NCBI GenBank assembly: GCA_965224655.1
Contig: OZ245060.1
Location: forward strand, 258,917-322,916
Length of the DNA: 64,000 bases
Reading direction: 5' to 3'
Origin: Woeseiaceae bacterium
GTDB taxonomy: Bacteria; Pseudomonadota; Gammaproteobacteria; Steroidobacterales; Woeseiaceae
Shown here in pieces: positions 29,233 to 39,143 of this stretch. The position numbers and the translations under genes were made by a program. Each line of letters starts with the position of its first letter. Within the stretch, counting starts at the first letter, position 1. The notes beneath the pieces were generated by a model. That model was given only the letters and a program-made list of their open reading frames with translations. It did no database searches and was not told the DNA's origin.

Positions 29233-29790
29233 GTGCTTAAGCGACTCGGAAGACTATTGTTGAAGCTCGGCGGCTGGAGGCCGTTCGGCGAGCACCCCAC
29301 CGTTCCGAAAGCGGTGTTTATCGCCGCGCCGCACACGTCAAATTGGGACGGGTACTGGGCGCTTGTTTACAAAGCGTCGCTCGGTATCGACATACGATTT
29401 TTTGCCAAGGAATCGCTGTTCTGGTTTCCGCTCGGCAACCTGTTGCGTGCGCTGGGCGGCATCCCGCTCGACAGGGGCAAAGCCGGGTCGGCCGTCAGCC
29501 GTGCAGTGCAAATGTTCGAGGACGAAGACAGTTTTTACTTCGGGCTGGCGCCCGAGGGCACGCGCAGCCTGACACCTGGCTGGAAAACCGGCTTTTATCG
29601 CATTGCGACCGAGGCCGGCGTACCGGTTGTCGCCGGGTTTCTCGACTACAGGAACCGCCGCATCGGTATCGGCGAACCGTTCGAGCTGACCGGTGATGCA
29701 AACGCCGACCTGATCAGGATCGCGGCCATGTACACGGACGTCGCCGGCCGCTGGCCGGAGAAAGCCAGCCCGATTCGCTTTCCGGAATAG
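29233..29790 (+). CDS. PlsC-family (lysophospholipid / 1-acyl-sn-glycerol-3-phosphate) acyltransferase
   Basis: It has the acyltransferase motif 'APHTSNWDG' (HX4D) and 'GLAPEGTRS'. A GTG start at 29233 gives 'VLKRLGRLLLKLGGWRP', matching the usual N-terminus. The track start 29143 adds a Cys/Arg-rich extension. Confidence 0.7.
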   Translation: MLKRLGRLLLKLGGWRPFGEHPTVPKAVFIAAPHTSNWDGYWALVYKASLGIDIRFFAKESLFWFPLGNLLRALGGIPLDRGKAGSAVSRAVQMFEDEDSFYFGLAPEGTRSLTPGWKTGFYRIATEAGVPVVAGFLDYRNRRIGIGEPFELTGDANADLIRIAAMYTDVAGRWPEKASPIRFPE

Positions 29791-29818
29791 AAAAGGCCGC
29801 CTCGAAAGGCGGCCTTTT
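29791..29818. terminator. bidirectional Rho-independent terminator
   Basis: The sequence AAAAGGCCGCC-TCGAAA-GGCGGCCTTTT forms a perfect 11-bp stem flanked by A/T tracts. It lies between the convergent acyltransferase and TBDR genes. Confidence 0.8.
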
Positions 29819-29844
29819 GCCGGTCTTGCTTTTACAGCATGCGG

Positions 29845-32127
29845 TTAGCGGCGGAAGTTGACCTCCAGTCCGATGACGCGCCCTTTTTGCATCGGGCCGG
29901 CCGTGTAAATGCCGGAGATCGACGTCAGGTTGCCCCAGTTCGCTTCGTCGCCGAGGTTTTTGCCGTACAGCGACACTTCCCACTGATCATTCGGCAGGAA
30001 CCATGTCGCTGCGGCGTTGAACCGCTTCTGGTCCTCGAAGAATTCCGTGTTCGAATCATTGTACGGATGGCGTTCACGGTAACTGTAATTGGTATTGAGG
30101 TTGATCAGGCCACCATTGGCGAGCGGCAGGTCGAGCGACAATCCAACGTTGTAGTTACTCGGTGCAAGACGCGGCAGCTCCGACCCGATCACGGTACCGA
30201 ATATCGGCTCAATGGTCGGTACGAACGGATCGATCCGATCGTACTTGCCGTCCTGGTATCCGTAAGACGCGTTGATCGAGAAGTTATCTGTGATCAGGCC
30301 GACAAAATCGACTTCGAAACCATTGATCGTGACATCGCCGGCATTGATCGTCGCCTGCAACACGATGACGTCAGCATCGGGGATGTTCAGCTCGCGCTGC
30401 ATATCCTTGATCTCGTTTTGGAATGCTGCGACGTTCAGGCGCATGCGGCCGTCCATCAGGTCCATCTTCGCGCCGATTTCGAAGGTGTTGTTTTCCTCTT
30501 CCTTCGTCGGTCCCGGCGGGATGATGTTCGGCTTCGCATTGCGGAAGTTAAATCCGCCTGAACGGAACCCTTTTGACCAGAAACCGTACAGGTGCCCGGT
30601 CTCCGAAAACGCCCACTGGAAACCGATCTTCGGCGTAATGTTGTCCCAGTCACCCGCCAGGCTGTCGAAGGTGCAGTTATAGGTCACGATATCCGGGCAG
30701 GCGCCGGTAATGATCTGTGCACTCTTCGACTCGTCCGTATAGCGAATGCCGGCGGACAGTGTGAATGCGTCAGTCATGTGAAAATCGTTCGTCCAGAAGA
30801 GGCCCACATTCCTGGCGTCCATGTCACCGCCCAGTGCGCGTCGCAGGGCCGCCTGGATGACACGGCCCTCGCGATACGTGATGCCCTGGTCGAAATAGTA
30901 AAGACCGAGTGTCGCGTCCCAGCGCTCGGTGAAGGAACCGGACCAGCGCAACTCGTTGCTGATCTGGCTTTGGTCCGTAATGCCGGGCACTGTAAACAGC
31001 GGGAAGTACGTGCCGTCGATATCGGCGCCGGAACGTGCGTCGACACCACGCCATCCCAGAATGTTGGTCAACGTGCCGTTGCCCACTTCGCTGATGTTGA
31101 TTTCATTGACAACCTGCGTCCACTCCATATCGGTAAAACCGATTTCGTCGGCCGACGTCGTGAATTCTGCAAGGTCTCCGTTGCGCTGCTGCGTCAGGTT
31201 GGTCCAGACGGCGCCATCGCCTTCCGAGTTGCCGTGCTCGGCGCTGAGCACAACCTCGACGATATCGGACGGCGTCCAGACCAGCGTCGGGCGGATTAAC
31301 CGTGTCGTCATCTCGCCGACCTGCGCACGTGTCGCAGGGTCGAGGTAGAAACTCTGAATCGGGTACGGTGCCGGCGCGATCGGAAATGGCCCGACTTGCG
31401 GTCCTGTGAAGGTCTGATTCACATTCTTGAAGTAACCCTGGTCGTCGTCGTAGTAAACAGCGACCTTTGCCGCCAGCACGTCCTCGATCAATGCGCCTTC
31501 GAATGCGGCCGCGACGTTGAACTGGTCCTCATTGGTCGCGCCAACTCGGATGCGCATGCCGGGCTCACCGTTCGGCCGCGCGTTGCGCAACACGACTGCG
31601 CCACCCGTCACGTTACGACCGAACAGCAACCCCTGCGGCCCACGCAACACTTCGATTGCTTCAAGATCGAAGGTGTCGATGACCACTCCGTAGGTCGTAC
31701 CCATGTACATGCCGTCAACGAACACGCCGACCGTCGGGTCAACCGACGGAATCGAGCTGTTGATGCCCTGTCCACGAATCGAGAAATTCTGTACGCCCGG
31801 GAATGTGCCCACCGCTTCGAGTTGCACGTTCGGCATCATGTGGCTCAGGTCGTCAATCTTTTTGACGAACAGGGCGTCGATCTGCTCCGCACCAAAGGCC
31901 GTCACCGCAACCGGCACATCCTGAACGGCCTCAGCGTTGCTCTTCTTCCGGGCGGTCGTCACGATCTCTTCGAGCAGTGCACCGGCGGAACCGCTTCGGC
32001 CACTGTCCTGCGCCATGACGTCACCGGGTAGCAAAAAAGCAACAACGGCTGCCGTAGCAATGGCTGCCGATGCCGCGCCTTGCTTGAGGTCGATTCTCAA
32101 GTTATTGAAAAATATTAACATTTTCAC
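29845..32127 (-). CDS. TonB-dependent receptor
   Basis: 760 aa. It has a signal peptide and the plug-domain lead-in 'LEEIVTTARKKSNAEAVQDVPVAVTAF'. A long beta-barrel with alternating aromatic residues follows, ending '...GLEVNFRR'. Confidence 0.9.
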   Translation of the reverse strand: MKMLIFFNNLRIDLKQGAASAAIATAAVVAFLLPGDVMAQDSGRSGSAGALLEEIVTTARKKSNAEAVQDVPVAVTAFGAEQIDALFVKKIDDLSHMMPNVQLEAVGTFPGVQNFSIRGQGINSSIPSVDPTVGVFVDGMYMGTTYGVVIDTFDLEAIEVLRGPQGLLFGRNVTGGAVVLRNARPNGEPGMRIRVGATNEDQFNVAAAFEGALIEDVLAAKVAVYYDDDQGYFKNVNQTFTGPQVGPFPIAPAPYPIQSFYLDPATRAQVGEMTTRLIRPTLVWTPSDIVEVVLSAEHGNSEGDGAVWTNLTQQRNGDLAEFTTSADEIGFTDMEWTQVVNEINISEVGNGTLTNILGWRGVDARSGADIDGTYFPLFTVPGITDQSQISNELRWSGSFTERWDATLGLYYFDQGITYREGRVIQAALRRALGGDMDARNVGLFWTNDFHMTDAFTLSAGIRYTDESKSAQIITGACPDIVTYNCTFDSLAGDWDNITPKIGFQWAFSETGHLYGFWSKGFRSGGFNFRNAKPNIIPPGPTKEEENNTFEIGAKMDLMDGRMRLNVAAFQNEIKDMQRELNIPDADVIVLQATINAGDVTINGFEVDFVGLITDNFSINASYGYQDGKYDRIDPFVPTIEPIFGTVIGSELPRLAPSNYNVGLSLDLPLANGGLINLNTNYSYRERHPYNDSNTEFFEDQKRFNAAATWFLPNDQWEVSLYGKNLGDEANWGNLTSISGIYTAGPMQKGRVIGLEVNFRR

Positions 32128-32331
32128 AGCGAGTTCACCTCTCTCCCCATAATAGAAGGCCTATTGGCGATGTTGTACACGCGCATAATACTGGGGATTG
32201 TCGGTGCGCGCCAATGCCGCGGTCCAAATTCGCAACGATGGCCTCGTGTCGATTCCGGTACGCAGCTCCTCTAGAATTCGGCGCTGACGGAGCATTAGGA
32301 TCCACACCGTCAGGCAGTCAGGTTTTATTCC

Positions 32332-33024
32332 ATGCAAGATCACGATCCCAGGAAGCGGACGGTCCGCAGTTTCGTCCGGCGAACCGGGCGCCTGACGCCG
32401 TCGCAGCAAAAGGCGCTGACGGAGCTGTGGCCCGACTACGGGCTCGAGTTTTCCGGCGAGGCGTTCGACTTCGATGCGGTTTTCGGGCGCAATGTTCCTC
32501 GCGTCCTCGAGATCGGATTTGGAAATGGCGAGACATTAGTCCAACAAGCGATGCGTGCGCCGGAGAAAGATTTCGTCGGGATCGAAGTGCACGAACCGGG
32601 CGTCGGCCACTGTCTGCTGAAAGCGCGGGATTCCGGCATCAAGAACTTGCGCGTCATAGTTCATGATGCGATTGAGGTGCTGCAACAGCAGGTGCCACCG
32701 CTGTCGCTCGAGCGGGTCAATCTTTACTTTCCGGATCCGTGGCCGAAGAAACGACATCACAAACGCCGCATCGTCCAGGATTCCTTTGTAAATCTGATAG
32801 CTGAGCGTCTTGCAGACAACGGCACGCTGAATATCGCGACCGACTGGGCGGACTATGCCGAGCACATCGACGACGTTCTTTCCCGGTCGGATCGTTTCGC
32901 GTGTCTGGAACGCCGGGAACACGACGGTGACGCGCCGCGCGATCGTCCCCGCACCAAGTTTGAAGCCCGCGGCCTGCGAAAGGGGCACGGAATTTGCGAC
33001 TGGTGTTTCAGAAAATCCTCATAG
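32332..33024 (+). CDS. trmB: tRNA (guanine46-N7)-methyltransferase
   Basis: 230 aa. It has 'IRSFVRRTGRLTPSQQKAL', 'LEIGFGNGE' and 'NLYFPDPWPKKRHHKRR'. Confidence 0.9.
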   Translation: MQDHDPRKRTVRSFVRRTGRLTPSQQKALTELWPDYGLEFSGEAFDFDAVFGRNVPRVLEIGFGNGETLVQQAMRAPEKDFVGIEVHEPGVGHCLLKARDSGIKNLRVIVHDAIEVLQQQVPPLSLERVNLYFPDPWPKKRHHKRRIVQDSFVNLIAERLADNGTLNIATDWADYAEHIDDVLSRSDRFACLERREHDGDAPRDRPRTKFEARGLRKGHGICDWCFRKSS

Positions 33025-33105
33025 AACCAAAAGTACTTGCGCTCGCCCGCCTGTCATCTATAAATGAAGTAGAGGTGTCACAAACTTTCGAGAGGGAAAA
33101 CGACG

Positions 33106-33396
33106 ATGGCAGTGCAGTATCCCGTCATAGGCAACTGGTTCCGCCGGCCTAACGGGACGCTGTTTGAAGTCGTAGCTGTCGACGAAGACGACGGCACTGT
33201 CGAGATCCAGCAGTTCGACGGCACGATCGACGAATTCGATATCAACAACTGGCCGGAGCTCCTGCTCGTCGAGGTCAGCGCTCCGGAAGACTGGATGGGC
33301 TCCGTGGACATGGACCCCGAAGACTATGTCGGCCGCAAGGACACCGAGATGCCCAACGGCTTCCACGACCCCCTCGCCTTCCTCGACAAACTCTAA
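33106..33396 (+). CDS. small acidic conserved hypothetical protein
   Basis: The 96-aa ORF has typical codon usage and the only plausible frame here. It is Asp/Glu-rich, with no motif I can assign confidently. Confidence 0.5.
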   Translation: MAVQYPVIGNWFRRPNGTLFEVVAVDEDDGTVEIQQFDGTIDEFDINNWPELLLVEVSAPEDWMGSVDMDPEDYVGRKDTEMPNGFHDPLAFLDKL

Positions 33397-33443
33397 TTAG
33401 GGATCAGCTACCTTATTTCGAGTCTAAAACGACCGGCGACGAT

Positions 33444-33800
33444 TCATCGTAACCGGTCCGGCCCGGTCACGTACACGATCCCGTCACGAACGGCGGCATC
33501 GACCCTCCTGAGAGTCCGCCCGCTACCCGGGCCTGCGAAACAGTGGCCCGTCTCTATTTCGTAAGTTGCGCCATGCGACGCACAGATAATGGCCGACTTG
33601 TCCTTCGTCAGGAACTTGTTGGGCGACCAGTTGAGTGGATGCCCGACATGCACGCAAAAGTTCTGGTAAGCGTAGACCGCGTCGCCCTGGCGCACGACAA
33701 AACCGCGGAACGGCCAGTCGCCTTCACCGATCGTGAACTCTCGGCAGCCCGGATCGTCGAGTTCATCCAGCGGGCCGACTTCGATCTCGAGATCAGGCAT
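33444..33800 (-). CDS. small Rieske [2Fe-2S] domain protein
   Basis: The start was trimmed to the ATG at 33800, overlapping the ampG stop by 8 nt. The Rieske ligand boxes are 'CVHVGH' and 'CASHGA'. It is 118 aa. Confidence 0.75.
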   Translation of the reverse strand: MPDLEIEVGPLDELDDPGCREFTIGEGDWPFRGFVVRQGDAVYAYQNFCVHVGHPLNWSPNKFLTKDKSAIICASHGATYEIETGHCFAGPGSGRTLRRVDAAVRDGIVYVTGPDRLR

Positions 33801-35088
33801 CCGGCTCTGCCACCCGACCGCGACGCACGACGACGAGTGCCAGCACAATCGCTGGAATGCCTGTCGCGGCGGCATAGACGAAGAAGCCGACCCATCCAAC
33901 CGCCTCTTGCACATCACCCGACCAACCGGCGACGAGCTTGCCAATAAAAACGGACAACGAACTGAATAGCGCATACTGCGTAGCCGTAAACTGAATATTG
34001 GTCAGGCTCGACAGGTACGCAATAAACACGGTACCCGAAAACCCCTGGGCAAAGTTGTCAAAGCTGATCGTAACCGCTAGACCCCAAATCTCGGGTCCGA
34101 GCTGTGCGAGCCACGCAAAAAACAGGTTTGTTATGGCAATCAAAACGACTGCGGCGATCAGCGACCTCTCGAGTCCGAGTTTAAGCACCGACCAGCCCCC
34201 GCCAGCGATCCCAAACAACGCAATCCACAGTCCGTAAAGTTTCGCAACGCTGGCTACTTCGGCCTTCGTAAAACCGACATCCAGGTAGAAAGGATTGGCG
34301 AGGATCCCCAAGACATAGTCGCTAATCCGATACAGCGCAATAAACGCGAGCATCGTCAACGCAAAAACACCGTAGCGCCTGAAGAAATCGATGAACGGCC
34401 CGATCACCGACTTGAAGAACCACCGAAAGAACCCTTCATCAAAAATGCGTCCCGATTCCGCACCCTCGGGTACCGGCGGTTCCTTGCACCAGAACGTGGT
34501 CGCCACGCCGACCAACATGCAAAGCGCCATGCTCTGGTAAGCAACTTGCCATGAACCCCACTGTGCGATGTACAACGCGAACGCGCCCCCGACGATCATC
34601 GATATCCGGTAGCCGTACTGATACGCCGCGGCGAGCAACGCCTGCATCTCGGTTTCTGCGCACTCGATTCGATACGCATCGATCGCCATATCCTGAGTCG
34701 CTGACGAGACCGCAACACCGACCGCAAGCGCCGCAAATGCGCCAAGCGCTGCCGTCGGGTCGATACCTGCGAGCACATACAAGCCGACTCCGATCAGGCA
34801 CTGCGCGAATAGGAGCCAGGAACGCCTGCGTCCGAGCAAACGTGTCAGCAGCGGCAAGGAAAGCCGATCGACGAACGGCGACCAGAGAAATTTGAACGCA
34901 TATGCAAACCCCACCCAGGCGAACGACGTGATCGTGCTTTTGTCCAGCCCCGCGTCATTGAGGCGCGCTGTCAACGTAGCGTAGACGAGCGGAAACGGCA
35001 GGCCGGCTGAAAAGCCGAGAAAGAAGATGACGAGCACCTTCTCCTGAAGGTACTGCCGCCAGCCACCTACCGTCGCGTCAGCCGCCAT
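33793..35088 (-). CDS. ampG: AmpG-family muropeptide MFS permease
   Basis: 431 aa with about 12 TM helices. The sequence 'FFLGFSAGLPFPLVYATLTARLNDAGLDKSTITSFAWVGFAYAFKFLWSPFVDR' matches the AmpG N-terminal signature. Confidence 0.85.
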   Translation of the reverse strand: MAADATVGGWRQYLQEKVLVIFFLGFSAGLPFPLVYATLTARLNDAGLDKSTITSFAWVGFAYAFKFLWSPFVDRLSLPLLTRLLGRRRSWLLFAQCLIGVGLYVLAGIDPTAALGAFAALAVGVAVSSATQDMAIDAYRIECAETEMQALLAAAYQYGYRISMIVGGAFALYIAQWGSWQVAYQSMALCMLVGVATTFWCKEPPVPEGAESGRIFDEGFFRWFFKSVIGPFIDFFRRYGVFALTMLAFIALYRISDYVLGILANPFYLDVGFTKAEVASVAKLYGLWIALFGIAGGGWSVLKLGLERSLIAAVVLIAITNLFFAWLAQLGPEIWGLAVTISFDNFAQGFSGTVFIAYLSSLTNIQFTATQYALFSSLSVFIGKLVAGWSGDVQEAVGWVGFFVYAAATGIPAIVLALVVVRRGRVAEPDA

Positions 35089-35860
35089 AAACCCAATCGT
35101 AATCCATTGTCAGGGGCGCATGGTCGGAAAAGCGCTGCTCCTTGTAAATGTCGGTTCGTACAATCTTGTCTGCGAGCCCCGGCGTTACGACATGGTAGTC
35201 GATGCGCCACCCCACATTGTTGTCCCAAGCCCTGCCGCGATTCGACCACCAGGTGTACTGGTCCGGTTCCTGCTCTATGCAACGGAAGCCATCATGAAAT
35301 CCATACTCGCCGAACACCTTGTCGAGCCAGGCACGCTCTTCCGGAAGACAACCCGACGTCTTCTGGTTTTGCTTCCAGTTCGTAATATCCTCTTCCTTGT
35401 GCACGATGTTCCAGTCGCCACAGATAATCGTCTCCGAGCGCCGCCGCCTGAGTTTCTTCAGGTGCTCGGTAAACGTGTCCATGCAGCGGTATTTCGCGAG
35501 TTGCCGCTCTTCCTTTGACGACCCGGACGGCAGGTACAAAGACACAACGTTAATCCCTTCGAGCTGCACCTCGAGGTAGCGACCTTCGTTGTCAAACTCC
35601 GGGTCGCCGTAGCCATGTAGGACTTTCTTCGGTTCGTGCCGTGTATAGATCGCCGTGCCACTGTAGCCCTTCTTCTCGGCATCTTCGTAGTAGCAGTGAT
35701 ACCCCGCCGGCGAAAACACCTCGTCGGTCAACTGGTGCACCTGTGCCTTGGTTTCCTGAATACAGACGACGTCTGCATTTTGTGCTCGCATCCAGTCGAA
35801 AAATCCTTTGCGGGCGGCCGCCCTGATACCGTTGGCGTTGAGGCTGATAACGCGAAACAA
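35078..35860 (-). CDS. xthA: exodeoxyribonuclease III
   Basis: 260 aa. It has 'MFRVISLNANGIRAAARKGF...ADVVCIQETK' and a C-terminal 'SDHAPL'. It overlaps the ampG start by 11 nt. Confidence 0.9.
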   Translation of the reverse strand: MFRVISLNANGIRAAARKGFFDWMRAQNADVVCIQETKAQVHQLTDEVFSPAGYHCYYEDAEKKGYSGTAIYTRHEPKKVLHGYGDPEFDNEGRYLEVQLEGINVVSLYLPSGSSKEERQLAKYRCMDTFTEHLKKLRRRRSETIICGDWNIVHKEEDITNWKQNQKTSGCLPEERAWLDKVFGEYGFHDGFRCIEQEPDQYTWWSNRGRAWDNNVGWRIDYHVVTPGLADKIVRTDIYKEQRFSDHAPLTMDYDWVYGG

Positions 35861-35918
35861 ATCCGTACTCCTGTGTCATACTCCCGTCCGTCGCGAATCA
35901 TACTGAAAGAGCCAGCCT

Positions 35919-36566
35919 ATGCGAGCGTACAAACGGGAATTCATCGAACTGGCACTCGAACTTGGCGTTTTGCGCTTCGGTGAATTCACGCTCAAGTCGG
36001 GCCGGGTCAGTCCCTATTTCTTTAATGCCGGTCTTTTTAATACCGGCTACGCCGCGGCCAAGCTCGGACGCTTCTACGCCGAGGCGATCGCAGAATCCGA
36101 CGTGCGTTTCGACATGCTGTTCGGGCCGGCCTACAAAGGTATCCCCCTGGCGACGCTCGCAGCCGCCTCGCTCGCCGAGCAACACGACATCGACGTGCCC
36201 TATGCTTTCAACCGCAAGGAAGCCAAGGCCCATGGCGAAGGTGGCAGTATCGTGGGCGCGCCGCTGGCCGGTGGTGTACTGATCGTCGACGACGTGATTA
36301 CCGCCGGGACGGCCGTCCGCGAAGCGTACCAGGTCATTTCGGCGGCCGGCGCGGAGGTCGCTGGCCTCGTAATCTCGCTCGACCGCCAGGAACGCGGCCA
36401 GGGCGCCTTTTCGGCAGTTCAGGAATTGAAACAATCGCTGGATATTCCGGTCGTTTCCATTGTCCAACTGGATGATCTGATCAATATTCTTGAAGAATCC
36501 AGCGAATACGAGGAATTTCTCGACCCCGTACTGAACTATCGCAAGCAATACGGTGTTATTTCGTAG
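35919..36566 (+). CDS. pyrE: orotate phosphoribosyltransferase
   Basis: 215 aa. It has '[37 protein letters not shown]' and the PRPP motif '[13 protein letters not shown]'. Confidence 0.95.
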   Translation: MRAYKREFIELALELGVLRFGEFTLKSGRVSPYFFNAGLFNTGYAAAKLGRFYAEAIAESDVRFDMLFGPAYKGIPLATLAAASLAEQHDIDVPYAFNRKEAKAHGEGGSIVGAPLAGGVLIVDDVITAGTAVREAYQVISAAGAEVAGLVISLDRQERGQGAFSAVQELKQSLDIPVVSIVQLDDLINILEESSEYEEFLDPVLNYRKQYGVIS

Positions 36567-36679
36567 GGTTTTGGGAAAGGCGGCGCCAGTCCGGTTTACA
36601 GCCAAAACCGGGAGATTTAAGCTGCAATAACGAGAACCAGTCCCGTTTCGGGGCTTTGAATCGGTGGCATATTTTAGCT

Positions 36680-37303
36680 ATGCGGAAAATACTACTCACA
36701 AGCCTGATCGCCCTGGCAATGCCGGTCGTTGCCGCGGCCGACAACCACAAGAAGATCTATTCGTGGACCGACGAGGACGGCGTCACGCATTACGGTGACA
36801 GTATTCCCGCGAAGTACGCCGAACGACCGAAAGAAGTGGTCAACGAGCACGGCGTGACGGTCGCCGAACTCGAGGGCAAGAAAACCGAAGAGCAGATCGA
36901 GCAGGAGCGTATCGAAGCAGAACGCATGGCGGCGGCCGAGAAGCAGCGCCAGGCTGACCTGGCTCTCCTGAATACCTACCTGACCGTCGAAGAAATCCTC
37001 ATGCACCGCGATCGACGTGTTGAGCTTTTCAAGGCGCAGTCAAACGTCACGAAACTGTACCTTGTCAATCTCGAGCGGCGTCTCCAGTCACTGGAGAACG
37101 AGGCGTCCCGCTATTCGCCGTACAGCGACGATCCGGACGCACCGCTGATCAACGACGAACTCGCGGAAGACCTGAAGGAAACGCGCGACACGATCGAACG
37201 CCACCAGTCGAACTTGCAGCAGTACAAGCGCGACGAGCAAAAGATCATCAACAAGTTCGAAGTCGACATCACTCGTTTCAAGAAGCTCAAGGGTATCGAG
37301 TAA
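36680..37303 (+). CDS. DUF4124 domain-containing secreted protein with coiled-coil tail (second paralogue)
   Basis: The start was trimmed to the ATG at 36680. It has the signal peptide 'MRKILLTSLIALAMPVVAA' and the motif 'IYSWTDEDGVTHYGDSIP'. A long charged helical region follows. Confidence 0.7.
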   Translation: MRKILLTSLIALAMPVVAAADNHKKIYSWTDEDGVTHYGDSIPAKYAERPKEVVNEHGVTVAELEGKKTEEQIEQERIEAERMAAAEKQRQADLALLNTYLTVEEILMHRDRRVELFKAQSNVTKLYLVNLERRLQSLENEASRYSPYSDDPDAPLINDELAEDLKETRDTIERHQSNLQQYKRDEQKIINKFEVDITRFKKLKGIE

Positions 37304-37304
37304 C

Positions 37305-37760
37305 CTAACCCGTCCCTGAGTGACCGAATCCGCCGGCGCCGCGGTCCGTCGCTTCGAACTCCTCGACGACATTGAATTCGACCTGTTCCACCGGGACGAA
37401 GACCATCTGCGCAATTCGCTCGCCCGGCTGCACCTCGTAGGGCGTCGAACCGCGATTCCAGCATGAGATGAACACCTGGCCCTGGTAGTCGGAGTCGATC
37501 AGCCCTGTCAGGTTGCCGAGCACCAGGCCGTGCTTGTGGCCGAGCCCGGAGCGGGGCAGCAGCACGGCAGCCAGCGAGGGGTCAGCGACGTGTATCGCCA
37601 GCCCGGTTGGCACCAGCACGGTATCGCCCGGGGTGACGGTTATTGGCTCGTCGATACAGGCGCGCATGTCCAAACCGGCTGAACCTTCGGTCGCATAGTG
37701 TGGCAACGGGATGGTGTCCCCGACCCGTGGGTCGAGTATTTTCAGTTCGATCGATCGCAA
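37305..37760 (-). CDS. dut: dUTP diphosphatase
   Basis: It is collinear with E. coli Dut: 'KILDPRVG...[18 protein letters not shown]...[10 protein letters not shown]...[10 protein letters not shown]'. The likely TTG start at 37760 lies 10 nt after the coaBC stop. The track start 37829 is inside coaBC. Confidence 0.9.
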   Translation of the reverse strand: MRSIELKILDPRVGDTIPLPHYATEGSAGLDMRACIDEPITVTPGDTVLVPTGLAIHVADPSLAAVLLPRSGLGHKHGLVLGNLTGLIDSDYQGQVFISCWNRGSTPYEVQPGERIAQMVFVPVEQVEFNVVEEFEATDRGAGGFGHSGTG

Positions 37761-37770
37761 AAGTGGGTTC

Positions 37771-39006
37771 CTAGTCGCTGGTCGAGATGACGGTGAGCCT
37801 GGGTTCGGTGTCCGTGCCGCGCACAGCATAAAAGCGATCCGCGATCAGCTCAACGAGGTCGCGTGCGAGATCCGATTTCGACGCTGTCGGGAACGCCCGC
37901 TCGCCGCCACGCCACAGCACCGTCGCTGCGTTGTCGTCACGGTCGAAACCGCAGTCGCTGCCAACGCGATTGGCGACGATCATGTCGAGCTTCTTCTTTT
38001 CCAGCTTGCCGCGCGCGTAATCGGTGACGTTTTCAGTCTCCGCCGCAAACCCGACCGTAAACGGCGCGGCCTCCATCGCGGCAACCGACGCCAGGATATC
38101 GGGGCAGCGAACGAGTTCAATCGACATCTGCTCGTTGTCTTTCTTTATTTTTTGCTCCGCTGCGGTCGCCGGCCGGTAATCGGCGACCGCGGCCGCCGCC
38201 ACGAAAATGTCGGCGTCCACGACGACATCGTGCGTCGCGTCGTGCATTTGCTGCGCGGTTTCGACGCGCACGACGTCGACGCCGGTCGGCTCGGCGATGT
38301 TCACCGGTCCGCTGATCACGGTAACCGCCGCACCCTCTGCCGCCGCCGCTCGCGCCAACGCGTAACCCATCTTTCCGGAACTGCGATTGGTGATGTAGCG
38401 AACCGGGTCGATGGGTTCGCGCGTCGGTCCGGCCGTAATGACAACGCGCTTGCCCTCGAATCTGCCTTCACCTTTCCCGCGACTGAGTGTAAACACGGTC
38501 GCCGCAATCGTGTCCGGGTCGAGCATGCGCCCGGCGCCGCTCTCGCCGCAGGCCTGTGAACCGACATCCGGCCCCAGGATATGAATACCGCGTTGTTCGA
38601 GGACTTCGCGATTCGCCTGCGTGGCAGGATTGCTCCACATGACGTGATTCATGGCTGGCGCCAGCGCGATCGGCGCCTCGGTCGCGAGGCAAATGGTCGT
38701 CAGAAGATCGGGTGCCGCACCACTGACTATGCGCGCCATGACCTCTGCTGTCGTCGGCGCAATCAACACGACGTCGGCCCAGCGTGCAAGCTCGATGTGA
38801 CTCATCGCCGCCTCGGCATCCTTGTCCCACAGGTTGGACCGCAGCGGCCGACCCGAAACAGCCTGCAGTGCAGTCTCGGTAACAAATTCCTGGGCGGAAC
38901 CGGTCATCACGATCTGCACCTCGGCACCGCGTTCGCGCAGACGGCGAACGAGATCGGGCGCTTTATAAGCGGCAATGCCGCCGGTAATGCCAAGGACGAT
39001 ATTCAT
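37771..39006 (-). CDS. coaBC: bifunctional phosphopantothenoylcysteine decarboxylase / phosphopantothenate-cysteine ligase
   Basis: The start was trimmed to the ATG at 39006, with GGAG 5 nt upstream. It begins '[30 protein letters not shown]', and the 411-aa protein is collinear with Dfp. Confidence 0.9.
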   Translation of the reverse strand: MNIVLGITGGIAAYKAPDLVRRLRERGAEVQIVMTGSAQEFVTETALQAVSGRPLRSNLWDKDAEAAMSHIELARWADVVLIAPTTAEVMARIVSGAAPDLLTTICLATEAPIALAPAMNHVMWSNPATQANREVLEQRGIHILGPDVGSQACGESGAGRMLDPDTIAATVFTLSRGKGEGRFEGKRVVITAGPTREPIDPVRYITNRSSGKMGYALARAAAAEGAAVTVISGPVNIAEPTGVDVVRVETAQQMHDATHDVVVDADIFVAAAAVADYRPATAAEQKIKKDNEQMSIELVRCPDILASVAAMEAAPFTVGFAAETENVTDYARGKLEKKKLDMIVANRVGSDCGFDRDDNAATVLWRGGERAFPTASKSDLARDLVELIADRFYAVRGTDTEPRLTVISTSD

Positions 39007-39143
39007 TGTGTCTCCGAGTATACGGTACCGGCCAACCCGCAAGAACGGCCAGATTGCACGGGTTTTCGGCCAACGCCCGAACCGCGCGGCCTGCAGAGGC
39101 TCTGAGCTGCTATACCGGATTCGTACCACGGGAGATATGACCG

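Noticed and set aside
32128-32331. A riboswitch (cobalamin/TPP), Fur box or clear promoter upstream of the TonB-dependent receptor.
   Set aside because: I could not find a B12-box, TPP consensus segments or a Fur-box-like AT-rich palindrome. The only signal is a weak TTGGCG-N18-TATTAT sigma70-like match (minus strand, about 32185-32214), plus a 7-bp hairpin near trmB. This is too weak to call.
36568-36655. Mutually exclusive hairpins after pyrE, considered as a possible attenuator or small RNA. They are GGTTTTGG...CCAAAACC versus CCGGTTT...AAACCGG.
   Set aside because: The stems are short (7-8 bp), and no convincing T-tract or downstream regulated ORF context is present. They are located 3' of pyrE rather than in a leader. 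They cannot be distinguished from chance structure without covariation data.
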